The notes under the pieces: model-generated
The model's input: the letters and a program-made list of their open reading frames with translations, nothing else
Database searches by the model: none
Told to the model about the DNA's origin: nothing
Program-made: the position numbers and the translations under genes
IMG/VR virus record: IMGVR_UViG_3300008459_000051
Coordinates: 1 to 57,875 of that record
Origin: a virus
Lineage: Duplodnaviria > Caudoviricetes
Length of the DNA stretch: 57,875 bases
Reading direction: 5' to 3' (one strand)
Shown here: piece by piece, positions 53,854 to 57,875 of the stretch
Layout of the letters: each line of letters begins with the position of its first letter
Numbering within the stretch: position 1 is the stretch's first letter

Positions 53854-55353
53854 CTATCGCCGCATTGTCGGGATGTACCCGGTCTCTGCGCGAATGTTTC
53901 CTTGGCGTGCGGCCTCTCTTGCCATCCAGAGAGACATCAACCGGTCGCCTGTGTGCGACTTGGGGTTGTAGTACAGCATTTCATTGATAAGCGCCTCCAC
54001 CTCATGGTGGGTTCGCCCATCCCTATTGGGAATGATCCACTTGCCCGTTGCCATCTCAGCAGCCAGAGACTCGACGCCGAACTCGGGGTGCACCTTGTTT
54101 CGCCCCGTCGTAAACGGGCGAACTGGCACTGACTGCGCCCTCTCCCGCATGAACTGCAAGATGAAGTCCTGGGCGGCGTTGTTCTCCACGAAGAAGATGC
54201 CCTGATACCGATGGTACAGCTGCTGGATGCGCTCAATGATCTGAGGGCCAGCCAGCTTGGCACTCTCAATGTTGATCAGCTCTCGATCCCCATTGGGGTG
54301 GACCATGATGGTCGTGAAGGCAGTCAAGTCAGCCGAGGCGTGCTGCTGCACAGCCAAGTCGACTCCGGTGTAGATCGAGCAGCCAGGAGGAGGAGCCACC
54401 AAGGCATGATGGAGCTGCCTTCCGTTTCCTCTCTGCAAGGCCAGATCAATCCACTCCCTCTTGAACCGGGCCTCCGCGTCATCCCTTGCCTTGCACAACA
54501 TCTGCCGAGCGAACTCGACCGGTCCAAGCTCCTCCCTCTTCTGAGAGATGCGCTCCAAGGACCAGCGACCGGGCCATGAGGTCTGCCCACTCTCGTTCAG
54601 GACAGGGAACCTCACCGTGTGCCAGTAGCTGTTCCTCTCCAGCCGGTGCAGGAAGTCATCTCGGTGATAGGCGTTTCCCACGCAGATCACCCGCGAGTGC
54701 TCCGTCAAGCGGCCAAACAGGGTGCTATGCACCCAGTCCCACAGGTCATCTCTCAGCCCAGGGGTTCTTGCGTTCTCGTAGTCCAGAAGGTCGTCCAAGA
54801 TCAGCAAGTCAATACGCGCACCGACGATGGAGCCATGGACGCCCGTTGCCTGAACCGAGGGGTCTTTCGGATTCCCCTTCCGCTTCACAGTCAGCTGCGT
54901 GTTGGTCCATGGCCCCGTGTGCGCCTGCTTGAGCTCAGGAAAGACCTCCTTCAGCTCATCGCTCTTCTCTAGGTAGCCGGCAATCGACCTCACGATCTTC
55001 GTCGCCTGCCCCACGGTGTTCGACACGATCACACATCGAGTGTTGGGGTTGCGCCCAAGCTCAAACAAAACACGCCCAATTGAGAGGTTAGCCGTTTTGG
55101 CACTCTCTACATGAGCGATGATATTTAACCGGGGGTGTAGGTCCACCAGCTTATGCCACTCACGATGCATGGGCGCCATTCGTACTGGATCACCTGTATG
55201 CTCATCCTTCAGCACATAGGCATTGAACGCAGCCCCATTGGTCCGCGCCAACTCAGCTAGCCGCTTCTTGGCCAATGTCGCCGCAACGGACCCCTCCAAC
55301 GACAGGAACCCCGGCTTTGGCACCTTGGTCAGTACAGCAGCTGCACCTTTCAT
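53854..55353 (-). CDS. terL: terminase large subunit
   Basis: Walker A-like HVESAKT, Walker B GARIDLLILDD, HRDD, nuclease GVDLA, VENNAAQ, HTGDRLM. Confidence 0.92.
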   Translation of the reverse strand: MKGAAAVLTKVPKPGFLSLEGSVAATLAKKRLAELARTNGAAFNAYVLKDEHTGDPVRMAPMHREWHKLVDLHPRLNIIAHVESAKTANLSIGRVLFELGRNPNTRCVIVSNTVGQATKIVRSIAGYLEKSDELKEVFPELKQAHTGPWTNTQLTVKRKGNPKDPSVQATGVHGSIVGARIDLLILDDLLDYENARTPGLRDDLWDWVHSTLFGRLTEHSRVICVGNAYHRDDFLHRLERNSYWHTVRFPVLNESGQTSWPGRWSLERISQKREELGPVEFARQMLCKARDDAEARFKREWIDLALQRGNGRQLHHALVAPPPGCSIYTGVDLAVQQHASADLTAFTTIMVHPNGDRELINIESAKLAGPQIIERIQQLYHRYQGIFFVENNAAQDFILQFMRERAQSVPVRPFTTGRNKVHPEFGVESLAAEMATGKWIIPNRDGRTHHEVEALINEMLYYNPKSHTGDRLMSLWMAREAARQGNIRAETGYIPTMRR

Positions 55354-56084
55354 TCAGTCTCCTCTCCCCCACCCTTGAGCACACTCAACTGGGGGCCAGC
55401 TTCCAATGTCGCAGCAGCTTCCTGCGCCGCCTCTGCCAACTCAGCCGCCAACCGCGCAGCCTCTGCCGCATCCACCGGCTCCACAGCACTCGCCTGCACA
55501 TTGATCACTGCCTGCTGCAAGTCCGCACTCCGCGCCCTCTGCACCTCTGTCACCTTCGCACCCTGCTGCGTAGCGGCATAGGTCGTCAAGGCTATCTGCT
55601 TCCCCAACAAAGACAACCGCTCCAATGTCTTCAGCGCCTCCGATGAACTCATCTCATCCACCCCCTCCACAACCTTCGCCACCAAGGCCGGCGCCAAGTC
55701 CATCAACCCCCTCACCACCTTCTGCAACTGATGGCACTCAGCCAATGCCGAGGTCGCTGTCACAGATGCCGCCCTCAAATACTGACTCGTCCTCTCGTAC
55801 TCATCCAACGCTTCCTTCCTCACATCCCCACGAAGCGCCGCCGCAAATGCCTCCGTCTCCGTCCGAATAGCAAGCTCCCTCGTCCTCCTAAGAGCCTGCT
55901 CCTCCTGCATCTCACTCTCTATCAACGCCTGAATCGCCTTCCGCTTCAACCGAGGCCACCCCTCCCTCCACGCCTTCCTCGACGTGCTCATGTCCACGCC
56001 CACCGTCCTCGACGCATGACGCAGATTCCCGGGCTTCTCTCGGAACGCTTCCACCAGCTTCCAATACCTACCTTCATCCAACAT
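55350..56084 (-). CDS. terS: terminase small subunit (putative)
   Basis: N-terminal HTH-like segment, helical, ATGA overlap with terL. Confidence 0.7.
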   Translation of the reverse strand: MLDEGRYWKLVEAFREKPGNLRHASRTVGVDMSTSRKAWREGWPRLKRKAIQALIESEMQEEQALRRTRELAIRTETEAFAAALRGDVRKEALDEYERTSQYLRAASVTATSALAECHQLQKVVRGLMDLAPALVAKVVEGVDEMSSSEALKTLERLSLLGKQIALTTYAATQQGAKVTEVQRARSADLQQAVINVQASAVEPVDAAEAARLAAELAEAAQEAAATLEAGPQLSVLKGGGEETE

Positions 56085-56280
56085 GTTTTCACCTTACCCA
56101 CAAAAAGGCCCATTGTCACACAGCAGCACCTTTTCAACAGTACCCGTTTTCCCCCACTTAACCCACACTTTCCTTTTTACAACACCTGTTTTACCCCAAA
56201 ATTTTAAAAAATTTTCCCGGTATTGAAGGGGTGGGGGGGACTGGAGGCACCCCCCCCCTCGTTTGGGGGGTAGGGGGGGT

Positions 56281-56308
56281 ACTTTACATAATGCACATTA
56301 TCGGAAGC
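56281..56308 (-). other. dif-like XerC/XerD recombination site
   Basis: Minus strand GCTTCCGATAA-TGTGCA-TTATGTAAAGT fits the 11-6-11 dif architecture. Confidence 0.8.
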
Positions 56309-56649
56309 GCTCCTGCCGGTGGACTACAGACCGACACCTATATACTGTCGCACTGGCGACCGGGCAGGACCGACCACTAGCAGGCGAGGGCTGCTGGTTG
56401 ACTAGGCGCGCCCGGGTGCGCCCGGGTGCATCACCGGCCCCGTTCAAACCCTCCCGACCGCTGTGGGAATAGGTTGGAGTCTGAAGGGAAAACTTACTGG
56501 GGAATGAGGCGCAACCAGCCTAAAATAAGGCAAATCGGCCTAGGAGGGAAAAACGCGCGGGAGGTATCTGTTCCTTGGCCCTAGGCTTCCAGCTCTTCGG
56601 CGCTGGTAGTATCTACTGGCGTTCGCAGGGTCTCTCTGGTCTCTCTGGC

Positions 56650-56732
56650 CGGTCTCTCTCTGTCCCTTGCTGGCATCCCTTCGGAGTGTCGTCCCTTCCC
56701 TTGCCTTCGGTCTCTCTCTGTCCCTTGCTGGC
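56650..56732. repeat. 25-bp direct repeat x2 in CT-rich tract
   Basis: CGGTCTCTCTCTGTCCCTTGCTGGC at 56650-56674 and 56708-56732. Confidence 0.85.
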
Positions 56733-57272
56733 GCTTACCAGGTACAACCATCTAGTCGGCGCGGCTAACGCCTTGCCTATCTCTCTCCGGTCACTAGCTG
56801 GCTCTAGCCTCTAGCTCTTCGGTCTCCATTCCCTTCCCTTGCTTGTCTCTCTCTCTCTCTGTCTTCGGTCTCTGTCTCTCTGTCTGTCTCTCCGGTTGCT
56901 CTACTAGGTGCGACAGCTATTCGAGCGGAGTCTATGCGTCGGGGCGGGAAGGCGAGGAGGGCAAGGGGCGGCTTGCGCCCTCACTCGCGAGACCGCTGCC
57001 CTACTAGAGCTAGTGGCTTGACCGCTTGTTCTGGCCTTGCCTCCACCGCCTGTAGTGGTGCGGCTCTTTTTGGTGGGGCTGCAAGGGGTGCGGCTTCCAG
57101 GCGCTTGACCTCTATGGGTTGCGGTGCGCTGGCTTGTTTTGCCCCTCTAGCTACTAGGGGTTGTGGTTGCTCTTCGCGGCGAGGGGTCGCGGCCCTTCGG
57201 ACCCTAGTGCGGCGCAAGTCTTTTTTCCCTTTCACGAAAGCCTATAAAACAAGGCACTTCGCAACAATCGAC

Positions 57273-57524
57273 ATGGCGACCATACAGGAGATGTTGACAA
57301 GTGACGATGTGGGTTGTAGAGTACGAAACATCAACAACGCGCCCTACGGCGCAAAGGAGAGACCCGTGTACCGAGCCACCTACCAGGGAGAGACCATCAA
57401 GATTCAGGCCCCCAGCATTATGGCCGCCTTTGATGTGGCGGTTCGTCAGTTCGGCGTGACTAAGGAGAATCGGCACCACGTGAGCGTCCTGCCGATCGAC
57501 AGTGCTGACCGCGTTATCCGCTAA
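57273..57524 (+). CDS. hypothetical early protein
   Basis: 3' part of track ORF 56934..57524 looks coding; start uncertain. Confidence 0.55.
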   Translation: MATIQEMLTSDDVGCRVRNINNAPYGAKERPVYRATYQGETIKIQAPSIMAAFDVAVRQFGVTKENRHHVSVLPIDSADRVIR

Positions 57525-57556
57525 CCCCTAACCCCGCACACTCTAGGAGAGACACC

Positions 57557-57637
57557 ATGATCGATCGCACCGAAATCGCTGGTTTCCTGTTTTGTGTCGC
57601 CACCGTTGTCGGCTTGTTCGTTCTCGCCACGCGATAA
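57557..57637 (+). CDS. 26-aa single-TM peptide
   Basis: AGGAG RBS; MIDRTEIAGFLFCVATVVGLFVLATR. Confidence 0.5.
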   Translation: MIDRTEIAGFLFCVATVVGLFVLATR

Positions 57638-57673
57638 CCCCTTCCGCGCCCTATGGCGCAACGGAGCAAGCCC

Positions 57674-57875
57674 ATGCGAAAGATGGTTGTTTTGTTTGAT
57701 GGTTCGTTTGAGTCGGTCTTTGAAGACGAAAACAAGGTTATGGCGATCACTGAAAGCGACTATGACGACCTGGTAGACGGCAACATCAAAATTGCGGATT
57801 TGCCGCACGCTCGGACGGTGGGGCTTGCTGAAATGATCGAATGTTGGAACGCCCACAACCCAGACCGCCGCCTAG
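57674..57875 (+). CDS. hypothetical acidic protein, partial (runs off window)
   Basis: GGAG RBS; MRKMVVLFDGSFESVFEDENK... open to the end. Confidence 0.55.
   Translation, partial: MRKMVVLFDGSFESVFEDENKVMAITESDYDDLVDGNIKIADLPHARTVGLAEMIECWNAHNPDRRL

Noticed and set aside
56934-57272. N-terminal extension of track ORF 56934..57524
   Set aside because: Low-complexity translation through the repeat array; coding character appears only from about 57273

Overview
A ~58 kb, GC-rich segment of a contractile-tailed (myovirus-type) dsDNA phage or phage-plasmid; no host housekeeping genes were seen. Positions 1-6.4 kb (+) carry small ORFs, an SNF2-type helicase, an N4/N6 DNA methyltransferase, a RuvC-like resolvase, a C5 methyltransferase broken at a G9 tract with a nested out-of-frame partner ORF, and tRNA-Thr(TGT). 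Positions 6.4-56.1 kb (-) form the late region. In transcription order it holds terS, terL, portal, HAD and HNH genes, a gpF-like head protein, four tiny proteins sharing a C-terminal motif, scaffold, major capsid, neck and sheath. Then comes a ~16 kb cassette of fibre/adhesin-like proteins plus endolysin and tRNA-Ala(TGC), followed by tube, frameshifted tail chaperones, tape measure, baseplate, fibres, holin/spanin-like genes and a metallophosphoesterase. Positions 56.1-57.9 kb hold a non-coding control region (G/C tracts, a XerCD dif-like site, repeats) and the start of a + strand early region. Best novelty candidates are a ~420 nt multi-hairpin RNA-like element antisense behind the capsid gene, the micro-protein array with a shared PF-x(1-2)-[LI]-K tail, the homopolymer-switchable methyltransferase, the dif site and a fibre family sharing an N-terminal domain. 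All product calls come from motif recognition and synteny by eye; no database searches or folding programs were run.
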